From: Promethearchaeota archaeon
GTDB lineage: Archaea; Asgardarchaeota; Lokiarchaeia; Sigyniarchaeales; SOKP01
Direction of reading: 5' to 3'
Assembly: GCA_018238625.1 (NCBI GenBank)
Contig: JABCSY010000014.1
Coordinates: forward strand, 1-53,812
Length of the DNA stretch: 53,812 nt
Shown here piece by piece: positions 19,498 to 30,322 of this stretch. A program made the translations under genes and the position numbers. How positions within the stretch are numbered: the first letter of the stretch is position 1; each line of letters opens with the position of its first letter. The notes beneath the pieces were generated by a model. That model ran no database searches, had not been told where the DNA came from, and saw only the letters and a list, made by a program, of their open reading frames with translations.

Positions 19498-20949
19498 ATG
19501 ACACCCGAAGATTTTAACTTTGATAAGTTCGACACCTTGTTTCACCCGCAACACATTGCGTTTGTAGGGGCGAGCGAAAAATCGAGGTTTGGTGCGATGC
19601 TTTACTTACCCGCCTTTAAAGACTCCAAATGGGCCGCTACCTTTTATCCGGTTAATCCAAAGTACGAAAAAGTGCTTGATTGGAAGTGTTATTCTTCAGT
19701 ACTTGATATTCCTTATCCTGTGGATACTGCATATATCTCAGTGAAAACAAAATTTATTCCTGCTGTTCTAAAAGAGTGCGTACAAAAAGGAATCTCTTGG
19801 GTCGTAATATTTGCTTCCGGATTTTCTGAGACGGGAGACTCATCTGGATTAAAATTAGAGCACGAATTAAAACAAATAATTAAAGGTACGGACACAAGAA
19901 TAATAGGTCCAAATTGTTTAGGTCCGTATAACGCTACTGAAGGAATGGCATTTACATTTAGCGCTAAAAATAACACTCCAGGCTCTATTTCGTTCATGTC
20001 TCAATCTGGAGGACACATGAGCCAATTATTAGATGTAGGTTATAAGCGCGATCTCAGGTATAGGTATGGTATCTCGTTTGGAAACCAATTAGATTTGAAT
20101 TGTGTTGATTTTTTGAAACATTTCCGTATAGATTCGACCACCCACGTAATTTCAGCTTATCTAGAATCGTTTGGTTCAGCAACGGGTTACGATTTCTTTT
20201 TAGAGCTCAAAAAAGCAGCAAAAGTTAAACCCGTTATTATCTGGAAGGGTGGTTATACGAACGATGGCTTTCGAGCGGCATTCTCGCACACGGGCGCCAT
20301 AGTAAGCGATTTAAGATTATGGCGGACAATGGCTAAACAAACTGGGGCTATAATCGTTAAAGACAACGAGGAATTTTGGAACGCAATGAAAACTTTCGAA
20401 TTGTTGTTTCCTAGATATATACCCGCTGGAAGAAATGTAGGAATAATAACTCCTGGTGGAGGTTCTAGCGTAAACACGACAGATTTATTTAGTTCCCATA
20501 ATTTAAAAATTCCAGAACTAACCTTGGAATCGCAAAAGAAAATTAGCGAGATATTACCCTACGAAAATGTAAATATTAAGAACCCAATTGATTTAGGGGC
20601 TTCAGGTTTTGTAGTAGATATATTTTCAAAATGTATAGAAATTGTGATTGAAGATACTAACATCGATATTATTGTGATTCCATTATGGCCGCAGTTTATA
20701 TATAAACACGTATTCAAGCGCATGATAGAAATTCAGAAATCTACTTCGAAACCATTTGTTTTTTGTATGCCTAGTATAGCTGACTCGTCAGAACTGGCGT
20801 CAAGATTTTCAACGGTCAAAAAAGTTTTACACAAGGAGAGAGTTTTATATTTTTTCTCGTTAAGAGACGCCGCGAGTAGCATATCGCGATATTGCGAGTA
20901 TATTGAATTTTTAAAATCGCACAACTACGACATTCCAAATGAAAAGTAG
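19498..20949 (+). CDS. acdA: ADP-forming acyl-CoA synthetase alpha subunit (CoA-binding)
   Basis: IAFVGAS, YPVNP, GFSETG, IIGPNCLG, SQSGG, SFGNQLD, SHTGA phospho-His, NPIDL. Confidence 0.9.
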   Translation: MTPEDFNFDKFDTLFHPQHIAFVGASEKSRFGAMLYLPAFKDSKWAATFYPVNPKYEKVLDWKCYSSVLDIPYPVDTAYISVKTKFIPAVLKECVQKGISWVVIFASGFSETGDSSGLKLEHELKQIIKGTDTRIIGPNCLGPYNATEGMAFTFSAKNNTPGSISFMSQSGGHMSQLLDVGYKRDLRYRYGISFGNQLDLNCVDFLKHFRIDSTTHVISAYLESFGSATGYDFFLELKKAAKVKPVIIWKGGYTNDGFRAAFSHTGAIVSDLRLWRTMAKQTGAIIVKDNEEFWNAMKTFELLFPRYIPAGRNVGIITPGGGSSVNTTDLFSSHNLKIPELTLESQKKISEILPYENVNIKNPIDLGASGFVVDIFSKCIEIVIEDTNIDIIVIPLWPQFIYKHVFKRMIEIQKSTSKPFVFCMPSIADSSELASRFSTVKKVLHKERVLYFFSLRDAASSISRYCEYIEFLKSHNYDIPNEK

Positions 20950-20970
20950 GAAAGATGCTAAACTTTTTTT

Positions 20971-21252
20971 TTATAATTTCTTTAGGCATTGTTTCATGTA
21001 TTGTTTCATAAAATGCCTTTCAATGGTACAATAATCTAATTTTTGATTATTCGTTAATTCATTATTGTTTAACAAGAATAAATGGACATCTATGATTTTT
21101 CCGTAAAATTTATTCAATTTACTAACAATTTCTTGTTGTTTAAAGTGAATTAGGTCTTTTTTTTCAAAAACTGGCAGATTAGATAAATAGTTTGGTTTCG
21201 TACTATCAAAAGTTTCCACAGAATAATTGATATTAGCTTTTCCTGAACTCAA
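20971..21252 (-). CDS. Small hypothetical protein
   Basis: 93-aa ORF, TTG start, occupies otherwise empty space; no recognisable motif. Confidence 0.4.
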   Translation of the reverse strand: MSSGKANINYSVETFDSTKPNYLSNLPVFEKKDLIHFKQQEIVSKLNKFYGKIIDVHLFLLNNNELTNNQKLDYCTIERHFMKQYMKQCLKKL

Positions 21253-21541
21253 TTTTTATCACTTAGAATTTTAAATTTACTTAATTAAACCCCATTGTTT
21301 TTGAAACTGTAGTGCTGTTTTTAATTTTGTCGGTAATCTGCAATAATACCTACTAAATTGTCTATTTTTGAGGGTAATCGAGGTTATAATCTCAATTTTG
21401 TATATACTATTGTTTTTCGTATATTAAATTTAGAGCAAATTATGTGTTAAGGGGTTAATAAGTTGATACTGAAACCTAAAATGTTGGTAAAAGCAATATT
21501 TAAAATAAATTAAACAATAAATTATCTAATTATTATCTTAA

Positions 21542-22573
21542 TTGAGGGAAAAAATAATGGGTTTTATTTCTGGGCTGAAAGGAGTGTTTAAAAAACGTCT
21601 TTACATATTTATTATATTCTCCTTTGTTCTTACTTGGGTATTGATATTAGCTAACTCTTACTTGAAAAACGAGTTGCTTAGAACGGTTATAATTGTTTTC
21701 GGGGGAGGTTTTTTATTTTTTAATGTAATTTTATTTTGCGTATCCTTTTTTAAGAAACTTGATGATTTGAACAAATGGTTTTTCATCTTCAGCTTTATAA
21801 TTGCGATAGTTCTAAATGTATTTCTCTCTGATACGATTTTTAACCCGACATCTAATTTTTACTTGCTAATTCTCCTTAATGCAAATCTGTTTTTCACTTC
21901 TTTCTTTGCCTTTAAATTATGTATGGATTCTGCTACTAAAGTCGATGATTATTTGTATCAAAATAAAAAATCTAGAATAATAATTCGGCTTGTAGAATTT
22001 TGCGTTTTTGGTTTTTTAGTTTGGTGGTTTTTTAGAATCACGATAATCTTTTTCAGTCATACTTCATCTGATTTATTCACTTATGTTATCCGAATTTTAC
22101 AAATAATGTTTTGGGTAAACATAGTTTTAATGATAGTTGTTCTATTTCGATTGATTATAACGAAAAAGTTATCGGCGTTCATTGCTTTATTTTTTCTACT
22201 AACTCTCTTCTACACTTTATATATCCTTTTTGATTTATTGTTTGGAATATTTTTTAGTACTGAATCGGGAAACCTAATTTACATTGTTGCATCGTTTATT
22301 ATTGACATATTATTATTCCTATACATCTTAGGGGTCGTTTATGATAGAGTTGATTATATACAAGCTAAATTAAAAATATTTAAAGTCGATACAATTGCTT
22401 TATTTCTGATAATAATGAAAAGCTATGCTCAGGTTTCAAAAGCCTTCGCAATAACCATTAGTTTAGAGGTACAAATCTTCCAAGCAACGTGGTTATTTAT
22501 AATATTTATGTTTTTTAACCTAATATTCGGGATTCACTCAATTTTCGCTCACAAATACGGAAAAGGCAAGTAA
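21542..22573 (+). CDS. Polytopic membrane protein, unknown function
   Basis: About 9-10 hydrophobic segments; start may be the ATG at 21557. Confidence 0.8.
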   Translation: MREKIMGFISGLKGVFKKRLYIFIIFSFVLTWVLILANSYLKNELLRTVIIVFGGGFLFFNVILFCVSFFKKLDDLNKWFFIFSFIIAIVLNVFLSDTIFNPTSNFYLLILLNANLFFTSFFAFKLCMDSATKVDDYLYQNKKSRIIIRLVEFCVFGFLVWWFFRITIIFFSHTSSDLFTYVIRILQIMFWVNIVLMIVVLFRLIITKKLSAFIALFFLLTLFYTLYILFDLLFGIFFSTESGNLIYIVASFIIDILLFLYILGVVYDRVDYIQAKLKIFKVDTIALFLIIMKSYAQVSKAFAITISLEVQIFQATWLFIIFMFFNLIFGIHSIFAHKYGKGK

Positions 22574-22666
22574 AAGAATATATTAATAATTTAACAAATT
22601 TTTTTGTAAAATCTTTAAATAAAAATACGAACTTTAGTTTTTAGTATTTTAAATTAAAAAGAAAAG

Positions 22667-23185
22667 TTAATACATCTCTTCTTTTGTAAATAGCAAACTG
22701 AAGCAACCGTAGAATACGCCGTTTACTGCTCCGCTCATCAAAAAGGAGATTAATACTAAGCTTGGATCAGCTAAAGGGATACTATAATATGATAAGGTTG
22801 CTGGACTTATGAAGGCTAATATTCCCAAAACTGCAGCACTTATCATAGCTACAATCATCCATCCGCCAAAACTACCCCCTTTATTCTCTCCCACTCGTCC
22901 TGCGATTAATGATGCGACAAAGGGAGAAACAATGAATCCAATATATTGAATTAGCATAGAATCAATCATTCCCGAGGAAACTTGAGTAAATATTGAACCA
23001 AAAACCGACCCTGGCATACTAACTAGAGGTCCGAAAAAAATCAGCAATATAATTAATGGATTGTTGCTAATATCGCTAAAAAGAAGGTTTAAATTACCAC
23101 TAATGGTCTCAGCTATTATTACAAACAGAAAATTTAGACCGATTAACGCAAGCAGACTAAAACCTAGAGCTTTTCCCAATCCCAT
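22667..23185 (-). CDS. Small Gly-rich membrane protein
   Basis: 4-5 TM segments, Gly/Ser-rich. Confidence 0.8.
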   Translation of the reverse strand: MGLGKALGFSLLALIGLNFLFVIIAETISGNLNLLFSDISNNPLIILLIFFGPLVSMPGSVFGSIFTQVSSGMIDSMLIQYIGFIVSPFVASLIAGRVGENKGGSFGGWMIVAMISAAVLGILAFISPATLSYYSIPLADPSLVLISFLMSGAVNGVFYGCFSLLFTKEEMY

Positions 23186-23391
23186 ATTTGTCAGACTCTT
23201 ATTTTCAAATTATATATAATTAATTTACTTCTCTTATGTATAATAGCTATTGTAATAGCTATTTAAATTTATTTAACTTAAACCATAAAAGTCATAATAT
23301 AGTAAACATAAAAAATAATCGTGATAAAAGCTTTCAATCATTAAATGTCAATAAATTTCAATATCAAATTAATTCTTATAAAGATAAGGTT

Positions 23392-24438
23392 ATGAGAGAG
23401 AATCAAAATAAATTTCCAATTGGTAAGCTAAAACACAAGTTTCTCTTAAAGATGTTAAAGAATTTTGTTTCTGACACTCATTCAAAAGACGATAGAGTCA
23501 TTATGGGATCTAATATTGGAGAGGATGCTGCTGTTATTGATATGGGCGATAATTACTTAGTTGCAAAGACCGACCCAATTACTTTTGCAACATCGGCTAT
23601 AGGATACTATGCCGTAAATGTCAATGTAAACGATATTGTGTGCACTGGAGCTACTCCTAAGTGGTTTCAATCTACAATTTTACTACCTCAGAAAATTACT
23701 GATGAAGATTTAATTGAAAACATTTTCAAAAACATTCATGATACTTGCAAATCTTTAGGGATATCTGTAATAGGTGGTCATACTGAGATTACTTCAGATC
23801 TTACCAGACCAATTATTGTTGGCTCTCTCCTTGGCGAAGTTGAGAAGGATAAATTGGTTTTGACATCTGGAGCAAAAGCAGGAGACTCAATAATACTAAC
23901 CAAGGGGATTTTTATCGAAGGCACATCTATTATAGCACGAGAAAAAGAGAACATATTAAAGGATAAAGGATACAGCGTCGAATTTATTGAAAAATGTAAA
24001 GATTACTTATATAATCCTGGCATCAGCGTCTTCAAAGAAGCTTTGTTATCTAACGATAATTTTAATATTAATTCTATGCACGACCCTACTGAGGGGGGGT
24101 TATTTTGTGGCATCGCGGAAATGGCAATTGCCTCGAATTTAGGGGTATTGATAGAAAAAACCAAAATAAAAGTTTTACCTGAGCCAACTGAGCTAAGTAA
24201 AGTTTTTAATTTAAATCCATATAGCACGATTTCTTCCGGTTCTCTTTTAATTTCAATTAAAGAAGAATTTACTGTAGATTTAATTGACTTATTGGCGAAA
24301 AATGGCGTCAATTCTGAAGTGATTGGTAATTTCACTTCGGAAAAAGAAAAGTATATTGTAATAGATGATAATAACAAAAAGACGCCAATGTCTTACACAG
24401 AAACAGACGAAATCACAAAATTGTTTAATTTAGATTAA
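23392..24438 (+). CDS. AIR synthase-related (PurM/HypE/ThiL superfamily) protein
   Basis: IGKL, GEDAAVID, DPITFA, NVNDI...GA.P, GGHTE, MHDPTEGG. Start placed at ATG 23392 because the track's N-terminal extension is promoter-like AT-rich sequence. Confidence 0.88.
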   Translation: MRENQNKFPIGKLKHKFLLKMLKNFVSDTHSKDDRVIMGSNIGEDAAVIDMGDNYLVAKTDPITFATSAIGYYAVNVNVNDIVCTGATPKWFQSTILLPQKITDEDLIENIFKNIHDTCKSLGISVIGGHTEITSDLTRPIIVGSLLGEVEKDKLVLTSGAKAGDSIILTKGIFIEGTSIIAREKENILKDKGYSVEFIEKCKDYLYNPGISVFKEALLSNDNFNINSMHDPTEGGLFCGIAEMAIASNLGVLIEKTKIKVLPEPTELSKVFNLNPYSTISSGSLLISIKEEFTVDLIDLLAKNGVNSEVIGNFTSEKEKYIVIDDNNKKTPMSYTETDEITKLFNLD

Positions 24439-24633
24439 AAATTATTTTAATAATAAAGTCGCTATTATTCAATTAGCTAAGATTTTTAACATTGAATTTA
24501 CATTATATTTTTATATTTAAGGGTTGTTAACTAAATACATTCGATTATATTATTAAATTAATATTTGATTTAAAGTGGTTAAAGAATTACGAATAAAGAA
24601 TTAAGCACCATTCTGAAATCCATAGGAGAAAAA

Positions 24634-26508
24634 GTGAAAGGGAAAGAATTAACTATTAAGATGAACTCCCATGTCTTTTTTGATATTTTAAAAAGCAAAG
24701 GAGCTTTATTTAGTGATTTTAAAGAAGGGATTAGGAAAGAATGGGAACAGTTCAAATTAAAAAATCAAAAAAGAATAGTTCAAAAAACTTATAGTGCATT
24801 TTTTTTTCAATATTTTCACAAATACTTAGAATTTTATTTACAAAACTTCTGCGGATTTGACACAAAATCCGGACTAAAATTAATTGCAAAGGAGAAGATT
24901 TCTGACGACCACTTATTTTTAGAGTATTCTTATTACTTATCCCCAGAAGAGATGGATTATTTTAACGAATTTGCTGAATGTTTTAAAGACACTTCAGACG
25001 GGATTACCTCCCCGTTTGGATATTTATATTTAGTGGTCGCAATATTAGGAGTAATACTAAGAAAGCTAACTCAAGAAAAATTTTATATTGTTTTAGACGC
25101 AGCTGTTATAAAAAACGGCGATAATAACAATACTATAAATTTTTTGATTGTAATTAAAAATAGCAAAGATGAACTTTTTAATAATTATTATTCAATGTAT
25201 CTTTACTACTTTCTGAAATACTTTGAAAACGTTCCAGAAGCATATTCAGACAAACTATTAGAAGGTAGGGATCGGGTATATCAAATTGCTTTAGAGGAAT
25301 ACTCTTTTGCTAAAGAGAGGCTCGTTGATTTATTATATTATTTCTATAAGAAGTGTAATTTGCTTCAAAATTTTTCGCCTTTATTGGATTTCCTAAATTT
25401 CGTCAATTCAAGAGTAGAAGACTCAATTTTTCCTAAACTAGATATAATAAAAAAAGAGTTCCTACAGAATTTTGACTACACAAATGAGAAAAAGAACTCT
25501 TTAATTAGGCTTTTCGATTACATAGACAAGAAATCGACGTTATATGCGACATTTCAAGCTAATAATTTACCAACTCAAAAGAGTCAGTTTAATTTATTTC
25601 TATTGTATATGAAATATTACTTTGGAAGTGGATCTTTAGAAGCTTTGGAAGTAAGCGATTTATTATTTTTACCAGGAGAGTTTAGGAACAGATTAAATAA
25701 ACTTAATAAGACATTGGATGACCCAATTAATGCTAAAAATATCAAGGAGATCCAAGATTTCATGGACATTTTTTCAGTATTAACAAATGTAGAACATCCA
25801 AATGTATTTTTTGAAAAAATATTTAATAAAAATATTTCACAGATTAATTACGACTTTTTAAGAACATTTTTGCGCAGCTTGAATATAAGTATTACTCGTT
25901 TAATCGCTCGAGAAAACAAGACTTTATCTGAAGACCCAAATAACGAGCTTTTAAATTTTAAAATAGTTGTTGATCACATATGCCGGATGCTCTATACCCT
26001 CATCGATAAAATTTTTATTAGAAAAATTCCTGGTCAAGCGTCTAAAAATTTTATAGACCCGAGAAGCAGATATGTGGGAAGAAACATTGCTTTGAGAGTA
26101 TTAGAATTATTTATTTTTAGCGATCTGAACGTATCAGATGATGTTTGGCCAGACTACATTATTAGCATGAATAAGGATGCTCTATTAAAGGATTTAGAAG
26201 ATAAAGTAGTCATCCCCAAAAAGTTCTTTTATAAGTATGAAGACATAGTTAGATTTGTTGTCACATATAACTTTCAATCATCAAAGGATCAACTCATTTT
26301 CGAAGAGTGGTTAATCAACGAGATTATTATTCCATTAAACAAATTCATTTTAGCAATTCGTAGTTCAATAAAAGATATTACAAATAAAACTGAGATTTAC
26401 GAAAAACTAAAAGAATTTTTTGTTAAAGGTAAAAAAGACGATGAAATCATTCAAGATATTGAATTTGTGTGCCAGCAACTCGCAATGTTTTGGGAAAAAT
26501 CCAAGTAA
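24634..26508 (+). CDS. Hypothetical soluble protein
   Basis: 624-aa ORF with AGGAG SD before GTG; no recognised motif. Confidence 0.8.
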   Translation: MKGKELTIKMNSHVFFDILKSKGALFSDFKEGIRKEWEQFKLKNQKRIVQKTYSAFFFQYFHKYLEFYLQNFCGFDTKSGLKLIAKEKISDDHLFLEYSYYLSPEEMDYFNEFAECFKDTSDGITSPFGYLYLVVAILGVILRKLTQEKFYIVLDAAVIKNGDNNNTINFLIVIKNSKDELFNNYYSMYLYYFLKYFENVPEAYSDKLLEGRDRVYQIALEEYSFAKERLVDLLYYFYKKCNLLQNFSPLLDFLNFVNSRVEDSIFPKLDIIKKEFLQNFDYTNEKKNSLIRLFDYIDKKSTLYATFQANNLPTQKSQFNLFLLYMKYYFGSGSLEALEVSDLLFLPGEFRNRLNKLNKTLDDPINAKNIKEIQDFMDIFSVLTNVEHPNVFFEKIFNKNISQINYDFLRTFLRSLNISITRLIARENKTLSEDPNNELLNFKIVVDHICRMLYTLIDKIFIRKIPGQASKNFIDPRSRYVGRNIALRVLELFIFSDLNVSDDVWPDYIISMNKDALLKDLEDKVVIPKKFFYKYEDIVRFVVTYNFQSSKDQLIFEEWLINEIIIPLNKFILAIRSSIKDITNKTEIYEKLKEFFVKGKKDDEIIQDIEFVCQQLAMFWEKSK

Positions 26509-26530
26509 AAAGTTATAACCTTAAATTTAA

Positions 26531-27034
26531 CTATTTGATTTCAAAAATTTTTAAAAAGGTTTTGAAGTTTTCTTCTGCGTCAACAATAGGCAACTTAATT
26601 TCACTTTTTTGATTAAGCTTACTTGTTGCAATTAGACCAGAGATTGCTTTAACATTTTCGTTTAACTGGGGCTTTACATCGCTTAATTCTTTTACGCATA
26701 AAATCGTAGGAAAAGACAGATCTCTGAATCCTTCTGTAAATAATATGTCTACTTTAAATGGACCTTTTATAACCCATCTTATTAGCTCTTCAATATTGAT
26801 TTTCTTTTTAAAAAATATCGCGTTTTCGTTAAGTTTGTTTTTTATTATAGATAATATCGCTCCAGCTTCAGTAAATATATACGAATCTTTTCCTTCTTCG
26901 TCGATTTGATGCTGATGAATATTTTTTATTACCACAACTTCAAAATTTAACTCGGTCTTTAATTTCCTTATCGCCTTTTGTATGAAATACGTTTTTCCAC
27001 TTCCAGAATACCCAATAACGCTAATAATTATCAT
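26531..27034 (-). CDS. mobB: Molybdopterin-guanine dinucleotide biosynthesis protein B
   Basis: GYSGSGKT P-loop, DEEGKDS...AGA, LFTEGF. Confidence 0.9.
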   Translation of the reverse strand: MIIISVIGYSGSGKTYFIQKAIRKLKTELNFEVVVIKNIHQHQIDEEGKDSYIFTEAGAILSIIKNKLNENAIFFKKKINIEELIRWVIKGPFKVDILFTEGFRDLSFPTILCVKELSDVKPQLNENVKAISGLIATSKLNQKSEIKLPIVDAEENFKTFLKIFEIK

Positions 27035-27126
27035 TTGGAATCACAGATTCTTAAATATATAAAAATGCTCAAGATTTAATATAATTAAATTATGATAATG
27101 TTAAAAGAATTAAGTTTTATGCAATT

Positions 27127-29136
27127 ATGACTAAGAAAAACGAAATAATAGTGTTCGATGCTAATTTCTTTATCTGCATGAATTCTATCAGAGCTAAAAA
27201 TATTCTTGAAAATTTAAGGCGAGTGGGCTCAGATTTGGGCTTTGATTATTACATTAGCTTAATTGTTTTTAACGAAATTAAATCATCTCACACTTTCAAA
27301 GAAAAATTTCGAGAATTCATAAATATAGAAGAAATTGAGAATTTGGAAATTGAAAATATAAAAAACGACTTAAGCAAACAAGGGATCCGTTTCCCTGCTC
27401 AAGACCCAGACTTGTCTTTGTTGTCCTTGTCGCAGAAATTATTAGATAGTAACGGTGAGATTTCTATTAGCTTAGTTTCTGATGACTTTAAACTCGTAAA
27501 AAACGCAAACTTATTTTTTCGCGGCAAGATCAATATTTTATCTCTTTCAAGCTTTTTGCTAAAAATACACAGAACAATCTCCAATAGGCCGTTGCGGTAT
27601 TATTTCAAAAATATTTGGAAAAAATCATTGAATTATACTCTTTCGTACATGATTGAGCGCTCTAAAATTTATCCTGCCGAAGAAAAAATAACATGGTTAA
27701 TTGAAAAGGCGATCAGCGTAACACAAGACTCTATAGTTAGCCAAGACGCGCAGTATGTTGATAGTCAAAAGGGTCCTGTTAAATTTGAGATAGGGGCGAA
27801 TAAATACGAAAAAGAAATCACCATCTGCGAAAAATATATTGAAAACCAGAAACTAGCTAGTAGCGAAGAAAAACTTGTATCTGGAATAGTAAATTTCCTT
27901 GAAAATTTAAAAATATCTCGCGAATACGTTAAGCAAGCAAGAAAAGCCATTGTGAAGCACGATTCGAAAGACGCTGTAAAATTTTTAAAGAAAGGGAACG
28001 GTTTTCTAATTTCTTTATTACAAATTGCTTCCGGCCAATTGAAAACTAATTTAAAGGATTACGAAATTGTTGAAAAGTTAATCTGTAGTGAAATTTCAAA
28101 GATGGAATTTCTAAGAGCATTTCTTCTAGTTTCTTTGGGAAGAGTAAATGCGGCTATTGATTCCTTAGAAAGAGCAGCATTATTTGCCACGATAATCCAT
28201 AATCATCAAACTTGCTTAACCTTAAATTATGTAAAAGCACTAATTCTTTTGTTTCATGGTCTCTATAAAAACGCTATAATGGCTTATAACTTTACCGAGG
28301 AGCTCGCAGAAATTTATAACGACGAAAAACTTAAATTAAAATGTGCGATTGGGAAATCTATAGCGCTTTACATTCAAGGTGAAGACGTTGCAACAGCAAT
28401 GGCTATTATGGAAGAAATTTCTGGTATAAACATGGAAGAAAACTTTTTAGATGCAATTATTGTTTTTAGCGAGCTTGGAGATTACTTTTTAGCTTTAGGA
28501 CATTCTCAACTGGCAGCAAATCTTTACAACGAGGCATTGGAGGTTAGTATTGATTACAAACTAAAAATTAGAAGCGATATACTAATAGAAAAATTAAAAC
28601 GAGCGTATATCGCCACTGTTCTTAATGGGTATTCCACCGAAGACATTATGATAGATCGATTAGATGTATTACTTGATAAAGCGTATTCAGTTAAAGACGT
28701 AGAGAAATATAATGAGCAAATCAAAAAAATTGCTAGTTTTAATATATTGTTATATACACCATTCCCTTATATCTTCGGAAAAAAGAGGATCGTACCTTAC
28801 ATTAAACTTCCTAAAGAACTGCAAGAAGATTATTTAGAAGTCGTACATTTTGAAAAATTGGTAACTAAGAAAGGAGCAGTAGACAGATATCTTTTCATTG
28901 TATCCCATTACGAACTAGGATTATTAGGTGTCATCGTAAAAACCGATGATAATGTGATTGGCATAGCTGAAAATTACACGTTAAAACTTAAACCAACGTC
29001 TAAAGTGAAAATTTATAAACCTACCGCAGAATTGAGGGACACTTATTTAATCCGGGCTATTATTGAAGTTGTATCCAAAAATGAGTGTGAAATAATCTAT
29101 TCTTTGCCCTCTTTCTTTAAAACGTTAAATTTGTGA
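27127..29136 (+). CDS. PIN-domain / TPR-repeat fusion protein
   Basis: VFDANFF, VFNEI, DPDLSLL, VSDDFKL (PIN acidic residues), then TPR-like repeats and a beta-rich C-terminal domain. Confidence 0.75.
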   Translation: MTKKNEIIVFDANFFICMNSIRAKNILENLRRVGSDLGFDYYISLIVFNEIKSSHTFKEKFREFINIEEIENLEIENIKNDLSKQGIRFPAQDPDLSLLSLSQKLLDSNGEISISLVSDDFKLVKNANLFFRGKINILSLSSFLLKIHRTISNRPLRYYFKNIWKKSLNYTLSYMIERSKIYPAEEKITWLIEKAISVTQDSIVSQDAQYVDSQKGPVKFEIGANKYEKEITICEKYIENQKLASSEEKLVSGIVNFLENLKISREYVKQARKAIVKHDSKDAVKFLKKGNGFLISLLQIASGQLKTNLKDYEIVEKLICSEISKMEFLRAFLLVSLGRVNAAIDSLERAALFATIIHNHQTCLTLNYVKALILLFHGLYKNAIMAYNFTEELAEIYNDEKLKLKCAIGKSIALYIQGEDVATAMAIMEEISGINMEENFLDAIIVFSELGDYFLALGHSQLAANLYNEALEVSIDYKLKIRSDILIEKLKRAYIATVLNGYSTEDIMIDRLDVLLDKAYSVKDVEKYNEQIKKIASFNILLYTPFPYIFGKKRIVPYIKLPKELQEDYLEVVHFEKLVTKKGAVDRYLFIVSHYELGLLGVIVKTDDNVIGIAENYTLKLKPTSKVKIYKPTAELRDTYLIRAIIEVVSKNECEIIYSLPSFFKTLNL

Positions 29137-29137
29137 A

Positions 29138-29410
29138 TTATCCTTTCCTTAAATTTTTATTTCTTTGGCTAATCTGATGGCTGTGGACCGCACAGGATAT
29201 GCAATAATACTTTTTTTTGCTAGGAGTTTGAATAATCGTTCCTGTTTTTTTTAGTTCAGCGTACATTCTTCCATCAACTAAAGAGACTCTTTGAGTCACA
29301 GCTTTGGCTTTACTTCTCGGTACCATTCTCCCGCACTTGGTGCACTGGACTTGACTGTAGTGTCCTTTTCTTGATCCCGTTTTGCCACCGCTCTTTCTTT
29401 TTTTTGGCAT
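29138..29410 (-). CDS. rps26e: 30S ribosomal protein eS26 (S26e)
   Basis: MPKKRKSGG, CTKCGRMVPRSKA, YCISCAVH. Confidence 0.95.
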   Translation of the reverse strand: MPKKRKSGGKTGSRKGHYSQVQCTKCGRMVPRSKAKAVTQRVSLVDGRMYAELKKTGTIIQTPSKKKYYCISCAVHSHQISQRNKNLRKG

Positions 29411-29554
29411 TTTTTTTTCAGCTTTTTTTTCTATTTCGAAATTAAACTCTTATTCCTTTGTATTTGAATAGGGCAAACCTTAAAAATTTTATTTTTTCCC
29501 TTAGAAAGAAGTTAAACTTACGCTCTGTTAAGATTTCCTTCTAAAAAGATATCT

Positions 29555-30253
29555 TTAATTCTTATTTTGTGCGTCTAACTTATTTAGAGCTTTAAAAGAA
29601 AAAATTAATCTTTGGATGATGGTTAAAATTAGTAGTCCTGTAAAAAATAGCATAAATAATGGAAAAAACCAAGTGAAAGGGGTTCCAAGTATTAGTTTTG
29701 ATATTGTATAAATCCACCATTCAACCATAAAAGCAAGCCATAAAATAACTAATCGCTCAGCTCTTTCCATAAATCCTACTCCTCTCATGTCAATACCTTC
29801 GTTCTCCGCTCTGGCGCGAATGTAGGAAATCATAATTACAAAAAATAAAATGATATACCCTAAAATGTAATGCAGGAAGTTTCCCAAAATCAGCCCTATT
29901 ATTAACACTGAATCTGATAGTCGATCTAAATTAGAATCTAAAAAAGCTCCAGCTTTAGAATTAGAATTAGTTCTTCTAGCTACTTCTCCATCGAATATAT
30001 CAAATGCCCCTGCCCAAAACAATATAAAAGGTACCATCCAAGCAGTATAAAATGGAAAGCGTAACCCCCCAATTGAAAGTAAAAAAGCAACACTCACTGA
30101 ACATAAAAACCCAATATAGGATAATATTGTTGGCGAGAACTTATGTTTGATTAAAAAATTAACGGGAAGATCAATAGCTTTGCCTATAATTCTTCTTTGG
30201 TTACTTCTTTTATCATTACCTTTATTACTATTTGTATGTTCTGTTTCGCTCAA
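29555..30253 (-). CDS. CDP-alcohol phosphatidyltransferase (archaetidylinositol-phosphate synthase-like)
   Basis: DIFDGEVAR...GAFLDSNLDRLSD, SYIRARAE, GFMERAER. Confidence 0.92.
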   Translation of the reverse strand: MSETEHTNSNKGNDKRSNQRRIIGKAIDLPVNFLIKHKFSPTILSYIGFLCSVSVAFLLSIGGLRFPFYTAWMVPFILFWAGAFDIFDGEVARRTNSNSKAGAFLDSNLDRLSDSVLIIGLILGNFLHYILGYIILFFVIMISYIRARAENEGIDMRGVGFMERAERLVILWLAFMVEWWIYTISKLILGTPFTWFFPLFMLFFTGLLILTIIQRLIFSFKALNKLDAQNKN

Positions 30254-30322
30254 TTTTTTTGCTTTTTGTAAATGAGTATTTGAGATATTTTGTTTTAAAT
30301 GTATTTAGTTTTAAAAAAGTTT

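Noticed and set aside
21277-21420. Open minus-strand frame (IYKIEIITSITLKNRQFSRYYCRLPTKLKTALQFQKQWGLIK)
   Set aside because: No ATG/GTG/TTG start and no clear SD; cannot be supported without homologues
23236-23391. N-terminal extension of the AIR synthase-like ORF
   Set aside because: Asn-rich translation of AT-rich divergent promoter DNA; family similarity starts near IGKL
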